NCBI RefSeq assembly: GCF_963921235.1
Contig: NC_086108.1
Span: forward strand, 50,220,001-50,284,000
From: Mobula hypostoma
Taxonomy: Eukaryota
Direction: 5' to 3'
Length of the DNA: 64,000 bases
Positions 9,302 through 21,149 of the stretch are shown here, in pieces. The first letter of the stretch is position 1, and each line of letters starts with the position of its first letter. The translations under genes were made by a program, and so were the position numbers. A model generated the notes under the pieces. The model worked only from the letters and a program-made list of their open reading frames with translations. It had not been told where the DNA came from and made no database searches.

Positions 9302-10188
9302 GTTGGTTAGACTGTCGTTCACTGTGAAACACCCAAACACAGCGCAAGTTCCATTGTTTTAGTCAGGACCACAGCCTAGACAATCTTATTAATGAGATGT
9401 TCTCATTTTCTAATCTAATGAATATACAAAAGGAGGTAAAGGAAGAATTATTAATGAGTACAGTATCCTTTCTGTAGTGAAGAGTCAGGCATGACATCCA
9501 TTACCGGGACATTAGAGGGACATTCACATCTTGGTGTCAGTACAGGGAACAACTATGTGATAATTCCTTGAGTCCTGGGGTAGTGGTGAAGAAGCATGGG
9601 GAAACCCTGGCCTTCAAAACAGACCGGGAATTATTAGTTTTGGAGATCTTAAAGTTAGCAAGTGGAGTTGAAAGAAAGAGGTGAAAGAACAAAACAATCA
9701 AAGTTATCTTTGACTAAAATCCAGAGATGACAGAGTGGGTAGTGAAGGCAGTGCTCCGAACAGCTAGGACAGGAAAGGAATTTGGGAAAGAGTTACTTGT
9801 TCATTGATCCAGCTGCCAATCCCATAACTGAGTCAGTAAATGACCACATATACAAGCACATCAGCTGCCCTATATACACCTCCCCTCTTAAGTGAACTAA
9901 CCATTTTGGAACATAAAGTCCATGTTCTTCATGAGTTTAAGAAAGTTTATAGGTGCCAGATATTGTCACAGAATGTAAAAGCACCGGGGTTACTGGTGAC
10001 TCTAGCAATTTTACCACGTCCCATATCACCTTTCCATTTGGGTAGAATCTGTATCCCAGGTGCTCCCATGCAACTGGGATGATGAGGTAGAATCCTCTGA
10101 AGCAAACAAAAGCAGTCTGTGTCATTGAATGTCTACTATTTGGAAACAGTCATACTTTCTTACCAAAAGCCCTTCCATCTTTCCACAG

Positions 10189-10444
10189 GATGAAATTCAG
10201 CAGGGATACAGGATGGCTGACGCATGCAAAAAGCACAACATCGGGCATATTGTTCTGAGTGGGGCCCATCACGTCCACAGGAAGTACAGCCTCCCGGCCA
10301 GGCACATGGATGCAAAAGCCTGCATTAATGATTACATGAATGAAATAAATTTGCCCAAGACTGAGATAATAGTTCCATTTTACTTTGAACATTTTCTGAC
10401 AAAATTTAAACCAAAGCCAGTTGGAAATAACACTTATAAAATTG
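10189..10444 (+). CDS. NmrA-like protein, coding exon 2
   Basis: ttccacAG|DEIQQGYRMADAC...HIVLSG...ARHMDAK...PFYFEHFL...KI G|GTAAGG (phase 1). Aligns to NMRAL1 EVKQGKLLAD...YVVYSG...AHFDGK...PCYFENLL. Confidence 0.9.
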
Positions 10445-10664
10445 GTAAGGAATGAAATTTAACTTTAGTGAATTGTTATTAGAATAAACTCTTCTATTTA
10501 CTATAATCTTCAAGGAAGGCAATTCCAAAGAGTTCATGATGTATCCCTCAACACATCATTAATAGCCACGCTACAGTGAGTTGTAACCGTATGCAGTGGG
10601 CAACTGATAGCAAGGAGGCGAATTTATTTTTGATCTAGTTGCCTATATTTTGGGACATGCTGTG

Positions 10665-11805
10665 ATACGGGAGATCATGGAGTGAGTTGGAGACAGTTCC
10701 TTGCAGACCTGACACACCATTTGTAAAAAGCGAGCGGAGCCTGTCAGGACTTCTCTATGGAGCAGGAAGTTGCATAGTGAGTGGAGACAGTTCCTGGTGG
10801 AAATAAGGTGCCAGTTTAAAAAGGTGAGCAAAGCCTGTTGGGACTTGTCTGCCAAGCGGGAGATTGTTTGGGTTAATAGTAACTTAGCGAGGGCCAATAA
10901 AAAGAGGAGAAGTTTAAGTGGAGCAGCCGTTACATGAGTGGACAGTGGTAGAGTGAGCAGGCTTTAGCTCAACAGGCTTCAGCGAGAACAGGTGCAGGCT
11001 AGAACTTAAATTTGAGAAGTTAGAGGTATAGCAAGTGTAGTCAGGATAGTAGTTCAGGCAGTAGAATGCTCCTCCTGTAAGTTGTGAGATTTCAGGATAC
11101 CTAACAGTCACCCTGATGACTACATCTGCAGGAAATGCACCCAACTTCAGCTCTGGACTAACGAGGTCAAAAACTGGAGCTGAAGTTGGATGCACTCAGG
11201 ACCATCTGGGAAGCTGAAAACTTCTTAGATAAGACATTTGCTGAGGTGGTCACACCCAGCAAGCAGACTTCAGATGGTGGCTGAGTGACCACCAGGAGAG
11301 GTAAGGGGAGAAGCAGTCACTGTAGGGTACTCCATAGCCATTCATTGAAACCCATTGAATATTGAAAGGCCCAGATAGAGTAGATGTGGAAAAGATGTTT
11401 CTATAGTGGATGAGTCTAGGACAAGAGGGCACAACCTCAAAGTAGAGCAGAGTTTCCCAACCTGGAGTCCATGGACCCCTTGCTTAATGGTATTGGTCCA
11501 TGGCATAAAAAAGGTTGGGAATCTCTGGGAATAGAGGGACATCCATTTAAAACAAAGATGAGAAGAAATATCTTTAGGCAGAGAGTGGAGAATCTAGGGA
11601 ATTCATAGCCACATATGGCTGTGGAAGCCAACTCATTGAACATATTTAAAGCAGAAGCTGATAGATTCTTGGTTAGTCAGGGAGTCAAAGGTTACGGGGA
11701 GAAGGCAGGAGAAAGGTGTTGAGAGGGATAATATATCAGCCACGATGGAATGGCAGAGCAGACTTGATGGGCCAAGTGACCTAATTCTACTCCTCTGTCT
11801 TATAT
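10665..11805 (+). mobile_element. Internally deleted CR1: 5' UTR and ORF1 zinc-finger N-terminus joined to the ORF2 3' end and 3' UTR
   Basis: AVECSSC...DYICRKCTQLQL at ~11058-11153. An abrupt junction near 11343 leads into IET..ILKG.DRVD-type ORF2 end and CR1 3' UTR. Confidence 0.7.
11448..11527. mobile_element. ~80-bp hAT-like MITE; other copies at 12890-12967, ~45781-45858 and 54858-54936
   Basis: TIRs of the type CAGGGGTTCCCAACC...GGTTGGGAACCCCTG, a shared internal sequence, and degenerate 8-bp flanking repeats (ATTTAAAT/ATTGAAAT at 54850 and 54937). Confidence 0.7.
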
Positions 11806-12979
11806 TTCAGCTAGCCACCCATAGGAGCTGCAAGAAAGCTCAAATATGCCCCACTGAAAAGGGGAGAGGTTGGGAAAAAGAATCAGGTGGTAGGGGGAAG
11901 TGACACAACCTTACCATTACAGGGGTCATGTACCAACTTTGAGCACTTCAGACGTGGGAGAAGGTCGTCAGAAATTGCTCTTGGCTTCAGAAGTTCATGA
12001 AAATCACCTTTTAAACCCTTTCAGCTGGACAGGGAAAAGGGTTATTTAAGATTACAGTAGGATCTAGATGAACCTGTATCTCCAATTTCGGTGATTTATA
12101 CGCTTGTTCTCTGAGGTCCTTCTATTATACTGTACAACAGTCTCCACTGCCCTGTCATTTACTGCGCAAGTCCTCTGCACTGTCCAGAATATGTGAATTT
12201 GTAAGTTTTTAAGCTGGTCCAGTAAGTGGCACTTACCATTTGGACTGTTGTGATGATCAGCCAACTGGACATTGAGGCACTAACTGGTGCCAGCCTGTGG
12301 ACAATGGCTCAATGTGATTGGGAAATCAGACTAGACTGTTCACTATTTCAGAATCTGATGGTTTGCTTCATGCACTGAAGGCCCAAACCAAAATTGTTCA
12401 TCTCGGTAACCGGTACAGTCAGTCAGCTGGATTGCCAGGTGCTATAGCTTTCTCCAGCAGTAGATGTTTCAATGATTGGTATTTCTGTCATGGGTTTGAG
12501 GGCAAGGAATAACTTAGCAAGTGTAATTAGGGCAGACGAGTTGCGAAGAACTTGCTGTAGTTTTAAATAGTAGCAGCACCCTGGCCTCTGACGATCACTG
12601 CCAAAAATCATTGAGGGAAGACTCCAGATGTCAGAATGCAATCAATCCAAAGCTGAAGTGAACAGAGCAATGTCCAGTGAGATCAGCACCACCAGGATGT
12701 GATCTTCTGGGTCACGCTCTCCCTGACTGACTAGGCAGATGTAAAAGTCCTGAAGAAATCCATCAGTATCCAGATCAACATTTATCCTGCAGCCATTTGA
12801 TTCCAATAAGTCTATCAGTAGCTAGAAGTGTCTGTCCTTCGGATGTTCCAAACCATTACTTCTGCATTCAGAAACAGAGCCCTCAATAGCAGGATCCCCA
12901 ACCTTTTTTATATCACGGATCATTAGCACTAACAAGAAGTCCAGGGATCCCAAGTTGGGAACCCCTGTTCTACAGTTTC

Positions 12980-13470
12980 CTCTGGTAGCTCATTCAATCT
13001 TCCCACCACCCTCTGTTGGAAAAGTTTGCCCCTCCGGTCCCCTTTGAATTCTTTCCCCTCTCATCTTAAACCCATGCCCTCTAGTTTTAGATTCCCCTAC
13101 CCTAGGAAAAAGACTATGACCAGTCACCTTATCTATGTTCTTCATTTTTAAATATATATAAGGTCACTCCTTAGCTTTCTGTTTTCCATGGGGGAAGAAA
13201 ATCATAGTCTATCTAGCCTCTGCTTATAACTTAATCACTCCTGTCCCAGTAACATCTTTGTGAATCATTTCTGTACCCTTTCCAGCTTAATGACATCCTT
13301 CCTATAGCTGGGCATTCAGACTGCATGCAATACAGCAAATGTGGTCTCACCTGCATCTTGTAATATGACATCCCAAATCTTGTACTCATTGCCCTGACTG
13401 ATGGAAGTAAGGATGCCAAACATGTTCTTCACAATTCTCTCTACCCCTGACATCACTTTCAGAGAACTAT
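12980..13470 (-). mobile_element. Degraded CR1 ORF2 3' fragment
   Basis: YKMQVRPHLLYCMQ remnant of the YKxLVRPHLEYC motif. Confidence 0.65.
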
Positions 13471-13474
13471 ATAA

Positions 13475-14470
13475 CAATGAGTCCTAGTACACAAAGAAGT
13501 TAGAGAGCTTAGTGGCATGGTGTCGACAACAACCTTTCCCTCAATATCAGCAAGACATTGACTATAGGAAGGGGCAGTGCACATGCTCCTGTTTACAATA
13601 CTGGGCTACAGAAGATTAAGAGCTTTGTTCCTAAAAATGAACATCACCTGTAGTCATCTTCTCATCTTTTTATCCAGTCCTGATGAAGGGTCTCGGTCAA
13701 AATGTCGACTCTTTACACTTTTCCACAGATGAGACTGGCCTGCTGAGTTCCTCCAGTAGTTTGTGCGTATTACTTTGATTTCCAGCATCTGCAGATTTTC
13801 TCTTGTTTGTGATCACCGGTAGTTCTGGTCCAACCACGCAGTAGATCAACTCAGCAGTGCCCATGGTTCCTCAGGAGACTAAAGAAATTTGGCACGACCC
13901 CTTTGACTATTACTAATTTTTATCAATGCACCATAGAAAACATTCTGTTTGGATGCTTTACAGCTTATACGGCAACTGCTCTGCCAGAGACCACAAGAAC
14001 CTACGTAGAATTGTGGACACAGCTCAGCACATCACAGAAACTAGCCTTCCCTCCATGGACTCTATCCGCGCTTCTCACTGCCTTGGTAAAGCAGCCCACA
14101 CAATCAAAGACCCCTCCCACCCCAGGCATTCTCTCTTATCCCCCCTTCCATCATGATGTAGAGACTAAAGCTTGAAAGCAATTACCACTATGTTCAAGGA
14201 CAGCTTCTATGCTGCTGGTATAAGGCTATTGAATTGTCCCCAGGTATGGACTCGATCTCACAATCTAACTCATTATGGCCTTGTAACTTACTGTCTGCCT
14301 GTGCTGTATTTTCTCTGAAACTGTACACTTTATTCTGCACTGTGGTCTCGCTTTCCCTTGTACTACCTCAATACACTCTTGTAATGAAATGAACTGTCTG
14401 GATGGCATGCAGAGCAAAGATTATCACTATACCTTGTACATATGACAGCAATGAATCAATTTACCTATTC
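13475..14470 (+). mobile_element. Degraded Rex1/Babar-type LINE 3' fragment, interrupted by a Penelope pLTR at 13655-13811
   Basis: NFYQCTIENIL and YGNCSARDHKNLRRIVDTAQHIT motifs. The pLTR is flanked by ATCACC(T/G)GTAGT at 13643-13654 and 13812-13823. Confidence 0.7.
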
Positions 14471-14477
14471 AAATTGC

Positions 14478-17400
14478 TATTCTTTGACCCACTTCCCAAG
14501 TTGATCTATATCCTGTTGTAATTGTAGATAACTCTCTTCACTGTCCACTATGCCACCAGTTTTGTTATCCACAAACTTACTAACATTGTCATCGACTTTT
14601 TCATTCAAATCATTAATAGATGACAAACAATAGTGGACACAGCACCTATCCCTGCAGGACACCACTGGTCACAGGTCTCCACTCTGAAAAACAACCCTCC
14701 ACTACCACACTCTGCCTGTTACCACTGGTCAGTTCTGAATCCAGTTGATTAGTTCAGTATGGACCTCAAGTGATCTAATCTGCAGGACCTTCTCAAAGGC
14801 CTTGCTAAAGACAACATTGACTGCCCTACTCTTATCATTTCTCTTGATCAGTTTAGTCATAAAGTCATAGAAAAGTACAGTACAAAAATAGGTCCTTCAG
14901 CCCATTTAGTCTTTACCAAGCCTTTTAAACTGCCTACTCCCATCGACTTGCACCAGGACCATAGTCGTCCATACCCCTACCATTCATGTATCTATCCAGA
15001 CTTCTTTTAAGTGTTGAAATTGAGTTCACATGATCCACTTGTGCTGGCAGCACATTACGTACTCTCATGACACGCTGAATGAAGAAGTTTCACCTCATGT
15101 TCCCCTTAAACTTTTCACCTTTCACCCTTAAACCATGACCTCTGGTTGTAATCCCACCCAACCTCAGTGGAAAAAGCCTGCTTGCATTTACCCTGTCTAT
15201 ACTCCTCATAATGTTGTACACCTCTATCAAGTCTCCTCCCAATCTTCTATGTTCCAAGGAATAAAGTCCTAACCTATTCAATTTTTCCGTATAACTCAGG
15301 TCCTCCAGAACCAGCAACACCGTTGTAAGTATTCTCTGTATTCTTTCAAACTTATTTACATCTTTCCCGTAGGTAGGTGACTAAAACTGCACAGAATGCT
15401 CCAAATTAGCCCTCACCAACGTGATATACAATTTCAACGTAACATCCCATCTCCTGTACTCAGTACTTTGGTTTATGAAGGCCAATGTGCCAAAGGTTTT
15501 CTTTATGACCCTATCAACCATTGATGACACTTCCATTGAATTATGGACCTGTATTCCCAGATCTCTTTGTTCTACCACACTCCTGAAGGCCCTACCATTC
15601 ACTGTGTAAGACCAACTCTGGACGGTCCTACGGAATTGCAGCACCTTGCACTTGTCTGCATTAAAAAAAAACTCCGTCAAGTCTGTGAGATTGATTTCCC
15701 ACATTCAAGTTGTGCTTACTGGCAGCCATCAAGTCTACTAATTACTTTACTAATCGCACTTTTTCTCGGAAACGGTCACTGCAATCAGTAGCCAGTAACT
15801 TCCCTTTTGGAGTTGAGCTTTAGAACCACCTGTACGACTTGGCATTTTTGCGTTGCGAACTGAAGTCTTGAAGATACAGGATGGTTGCGGCATGGCGAAT
15901 ACGTACCAAATTGAGGCAGGGCCCTGGCTCAAGAGCGTGGAATGAGCCAATGTTTGGCCATTGCGGGAGCAGACTTTGAATCGATTTTAACCGGTAGAAC
16001 CAAGGTGAGGCGAGAGCAAGAAATGACCCACAGTTTGGCTGATTTAAGCGCCTGGCCAGTTTGAAAAGCTCAGGGTGTTGGGGTTGGAGAAGGGGGATGA
16101 GCTGGTGTTCAGCTGGCTGCTCACAAGCTTTACTGGTCTCTGCATTGAACTGAGGCTGTGGCCTGCAACTAACAGGCTCCTGGATTGACTGTGACTGCGT
16201 GTGGACTCACTTCCGTGAACTTCAGTTCTGAATGTTATTTGCTTACTTTTATTGTTTGTACAATTTGATATTTTTCTCCACATTGGGTGTTTGGCAGTCT
16301 CTTTTAAATAGCTTCTATTCGGTTTCTTTGTATTGTGACTGGCTGTAAGGTGACAAATCTCAGGGTTGTATATAGTATAAATACTTTGATAATAAATGTA
16401 CTTTGAATGTTGCTGACTATCTCTAATCATCCCTTGCCTTTCCAAATGCTGCTAGATCCTATCCTTTAAAATACCCTCCAGTAACATTTCCTCTAATGAT
16501 CTTTGACTCATCAGCCTGTAGTTTCTTGGCTTGTAGCCTTGTAGTCTTTGTAAAATAAAGGCACGACATTCCCCCCTCCAGTCTTCCCCTGCATTACCTA
16601 CGATGCAATGAAAATATGCAAATATTTCTGCTAGAAACCTTGTAATTTCTTCCCTGGTTTCCTATAATATCCTGGGGTGCACTTGGTGAGGTACAGGAGA
16701 TCCATCCAATTTAATATGCTATGAGTGCAAATCAATAAGCATTTCCTCTTTTATAGTATGGCTATGTTCCAAGATATCACTGTTCATTTCCCGTATTTGT
16801 GTAGCTTGCAGGACCTTCTCCATAGTAAACACAGATGAGAAATTGTTTTGAGACCTCACCTATCTTCTGTGGCACCACACATAGATACACACATTGATCT
16901 TTAATAGAACCTATTCTCTCCGTTTTATTCTTCATATATTTGCTAAAGAAAGAAAGTTTAACCTTTTCAGAGTATGAAGCAAAAATAAATGTAAATGAGT
17001 TTTAACATTAAGCTAATGGTTAAATTTAGAATCAGTATTGTTACAAACTTTTTATTGGCTTAACAAGTGTTGAATTCTTTCCAGAGATGGAAATATTCCA
17101 GTGTCTTATTTCTTTGGTTTTAGACCTTGTATGTTCTTTTCAGCCATTCCAATGGGAGAGGTTGCCATGGATGGAATGAGCATCAAACAGATTGGTCCAA
17201 TCGTGACAGTTTTATTTAAAAACCCGGAGCGCTGGATGGGGAAGAGCTGCTTTCTATCTGCAGGCAGGCTGACAGTCCCGGAATATGCACAAATCCTGAC
17301 TCATCACCTGCGTCCCAAACAGTTTAAAGATTCCCGGGTATGCTTTATCAAGAAATCAAGTGCCATGATACTAAAAACAGAAAATGCTGGATACACTTAA

Positions 17401-19650
17401 CAGTTATTTCCTCAGCAAGATCTTAAATGAATATTTCTCATTTGTGTTTACTGTGATAACTATTCATGACAATATCCATGGTGGGAAAAGCAGTTAATGT
17501 TTCAGCTCCAGGCAGGGTTCTAATGCAAAGTCCTGGGCCAGAAACAGTAACTTGTTCTTTCCACAGATTTTCAGAATCTGCAGTTTATTTTCATTTACTA
17601 TGGTTATCATGCAGGATAAAAACAACGTGACATTACTGTGGTTGAGGCGTAGGACACACTGACATTTTACCCAGGAACATTAATGGGAAGAGTAGAGTGA
17701 AGATTTACAAGGGGAAACAAATAGTCGAATATTTTGGTTCAGTCTTCGTGGAAGAGGGTAAAATGCGAGACAATTAAGAGTGTGATGAAAATGAGGAATT
17801 AAGGGAAAATTATATAAATACAATAAATTACTGGAGAAATTAATGGGACTAAAAGCTGTTAAAATCCTGAAAGCTGATCATCTGAATACAGCCTACCAAA
17901 AGAAGTGGCTGTGGAAATAATGGATGCTCCCTTTAGAACATAGATGAGTAGAATACAGCACAGGAACAGGCCATTGCGCCCACAAACTTGTGCCAAATCA
18001 GCTAAAAAAAAACAAATCAAAAACACCCAAACACTAATCCGTCCTACCTACACCATGTCCATATCCCTCCATCTTCCCTATACCCATGTGCCTATCCAAA
18101 TGTCTCTTAAAAGATTCTAATGTATTTGCCTCTACCACCACACCAGACAGCATATACCAGGCATCTACCACTCTCTGAGTAAAAAACTTAGCCCTCACAT
18201 CTCCCTTGAACCCACCTCCCTCACCTTCAATGCATTCCCTCTGGTATTAGACATTCAACCCTGGGAAATAGATACTCTCTGTCCATTCTAAGTATGCCTT
18301 TCATAATCTTGTAAACCTCTATCAGGTCTCCCCTCAGCCCCTGATGCTCCAGAGAAAATACCCTAATTTTACCCAGCCTCTCATGATAGCACATGTTCTC
18401 TAAACCAGGCAGCATCCTGGTGAACCTTTTCTGCATTCTCTCCAAAGCCTCAACATCCTTCCTGTAGTGGGGCGACCAGAATTGTATGCAATACTCAAGA
18501 TGTGGCTTCACCAGAGTTTTATAAAGTTGTAACATAACCTCCTGACTTTGAACTCCATGCCTTTTCTAATAAAAAGCAAGCATTCCATAAGCCTTCTTAA
18601 CCACCTTATCGACCTGTGTAGCCACTTTTAAGGAGTTACGAACTTGGATCCTAAGATTTCTCTGTTAAGGACCTTGCCCTTATCAGTGTACTGACTTCTT
18701 GCATTTGCCCTACTGAGGTGCAACACCTCACATTTATCTGGGTTAAATGCCAGCTACCATGTCTCAGCCCACATCTGCAACTGGTCTATATCATTCTGTA
18801 TTCTTTGCCAGTCTTCTATGCTATCCACAACTCCACCAATCTTGGTATCATCTGCATATTTACTAATCCACCCATCTACATTTTCATTCAGATCATTTAT
18901 ATGCATTACAAACAGCAGAGGTCCCAGCATCGGTCCCCATGTAGCTCCACTAATTGCAGATCTCCAGCTCAAAGAAGTCCCTTCAACCACTACCCTCTGT
19001 CTTCTATTGACAAGCCAGTTCTGAATCCCAACAGCCAATTCGCTGCGGATCCCATGCACCTTAATCTTCTGGATTAGCCTCCCAGGAGCACTTTGTCAAA
19101 CACCTTACTATAATCCACGTAGACAACATCCACTGCCCTAACCTCATCGATCTCTCTTGTCACCTTGTCAAAAAAACTCAATCAAATTGGTAAGGCGTGA
19201 CCTGCCATGCACAAAGCCATGCTGGCTCTCCCTAATTAGGCCGTGGGTTTCTAAATGCTCATATATCCTATCTCTAAGAATTCTCTTCATCAATTTCCCT
19301 ACAGCTGATGTGAGACTCACTGGTCTATAGTTCCCTGGATTTCCCCTTGTTTCCTGTTTAAATAGAGGTACAACATTAGCCACTCACCAGTTTTCCGGGA
19401 CGGGCCCAGCCATCTTGTCTCTAGCCTCCTTCAATAACCTGGGGTCTTAAGTACCTTAGTACTCCTTAGGACACCCAACATTTCCTCCTCCTTGACCTCT
19501 AAATGCCCTGATATATTTATACCCTCAGCACTGATCTCCTGGTCCTCCATATCATTTTCCTTGGTAAATACTGAAGCAAAGTCCACACTAAGTACCTCAC
19601 TCACATTCTCTGCATCCAAGCAAATTTTACCTCCTTTATCCTTGAGTGGT
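14478..19650 (-). mobile_element. Cluster of degraded CR1 fragments in NmrA-like introns (about 14478-15670, 16420-16930 and 17935-19650)
   Basis: ORF remnants SKFVDNKTGG, LGLYSLEHRRLGGDLIEVY, YKTLVKPHLEYC, SKYADDTKIGG, GNYRPVSLTS. The span also contains exon 17144-17337 and an unclassified repeat at ~15730-16410. Confidence 0.75.
17144..17337 (+). CDS. NmrA-like protein, coding exon 3
   Basis: ttttcAG|CC completes Ala (phase 1). IPMGEVAMDGMSIKQIGPIV...EYAQIL...DSR|GTATGC resembles NMRAL1 [20 protein letters not shown]...EYAALL. Confidence 0.9.
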
Positions 19651-20604
19651 TAAGGAACCTAAATAAGGTAAATGAAATTCTCCTCCACAGTGTTTACAAA
19701 GCCTTCACAAAGATATATTTAGAAAAAACTTCACATAATCTCATGCAAGTCACAGGCAGGCAACTATTCACAATATGACCTGATTCAGTGAACAAGATCA
19801 CATTGAACCTGACTGCCAACATTTTGGTTGGTGCTCACTCACTTCCTCATCCAAAATGACCGTCTCTGGAAATAGAGGGCCAAGTAAGGAGGGCATGTCA
19901 TTCACTGAGCTCCACCCTGGAGTATCTGACACCTATGATGGTTCACTATTCTGAGCAATTTTGAATTTTTAAAATCTGTGACATTCAGAGCCATTACAAA
20001 ATGTTCAAGTCAGATAAAAGAATTAAAAATAAGCATTAAACACAAAAATGCGCTGTAAAATACCCATTTCTTCAGGATTGATGGCTGCACTTGTTTGAAG
20101 AGCATCTATCCCTTTATTCTTTGATGCACAATCCTCCTCCAGTCTTCTCCCTCATTAATGATACTGTGAGCATTATTGTCTTGATCTTTATAATTCTAGT
20201 TAGTGCACTTCCTTATTCTTGCCCTCTGTTTAAATGTCATGATTGATCTCATCACCTACATTGAGATTTAAACAGATTTCCCTTCCTTTTGAAACCTGCA
20301 AATTCATGAACCCTGACCATGCAGTGTCATTCCCCTCACTGTGCAGTTTTTCATCCATGCCATTTTAAACCTTGGCCTTTAAACCGATGCTGGGAATATC
20401 CCTATGAAACAAGATATCTCAGATATTATCTAGTTTTCTGATTGAAACATCTCCTGGTACATTAAAGGCCAATAAAGATAAATCCTCCCAGCTCATAATA
20501 CTATTCAATATTCCTGAATTACATTTGTGCTGTTAAGTACTGCCTGAAATCAGGACAACATTATTGTAATGATCAGAATGATGCTTTCACTTTTATTGCG
20601 ACAG

Positions 20605-20787
20605 ATTTCTGTCCGAGAGTTTGTGGAGTCCTATGGAAGACCGGGGGCTCAAGACTTTGGGAACATGTTTGAATTTTGGAAGAGAGGTGGACAGAAAATG
20701 AACAGCACTATGAGTTTTGAACTCTATCCGGAGTTACAAACGTTCCAGCAGTGGGTTTCAGCCAACACCATTTCACTGGACAGTTAA
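20605..20787 (+). CDS. NmrA-like protein, last coding exon (total CDS 897 nt, 298 aa)
   Basis: acAG|ISVREF...PGAQDFGNMFEFW...YPELQTFQQWV...stop resembles NMRAL1 PGARDLANMFRFY...NPKALTLDQWL. Exon phases are consistent (264+256+194+183). Confidence 0.9.
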   Translation: MSVREFVESYGRPGAQDFGNMFEFWKRGGQKMNSTMSFELYPELQTFQQWVSANTISLDS

Positions 20788-20899
20788 CTGGCAGTACCAA
20801 CAACAGCCAGTCCTGTGGCTGGAACAAAATGCATGTTTCTGAAATGTTTCCAAAGACATGATGTGGGTCTTCAGTAAACTTGTATACCAAATACTCAAA

Positions 20900-20905
20900 A
20901 ATAAA
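20900..20905 (+). terminator. Candidate polyadenylation signal of the NmrA-like gene
   Basis: AATAAA 113 nt after the stop, followed by T-rich sequence. An ATTAAA also occurs at 20938. Confidence 0.55.
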
Positions 20906-21149
20906 GTTAATATTTTAGGTTCTTTTAAAATTACTGTATTAAAACTTTGTCTCAATCTAACAACCTTCATGTACAGGGGTAACTTAGATTCCACCTGCAA
21001 GCCATATGCACTTTGCTTGGAGGTGTTGTGCCTATTATAGTCCTCAGTGTAACTATGACCAGAAAATCTATTTATTAGGCACATTAAGAAATTAATGTTG
21101 GCCAGGACACCTGGTCCCTTTCCAAATGGCACCATAGACTATTCCTTCA

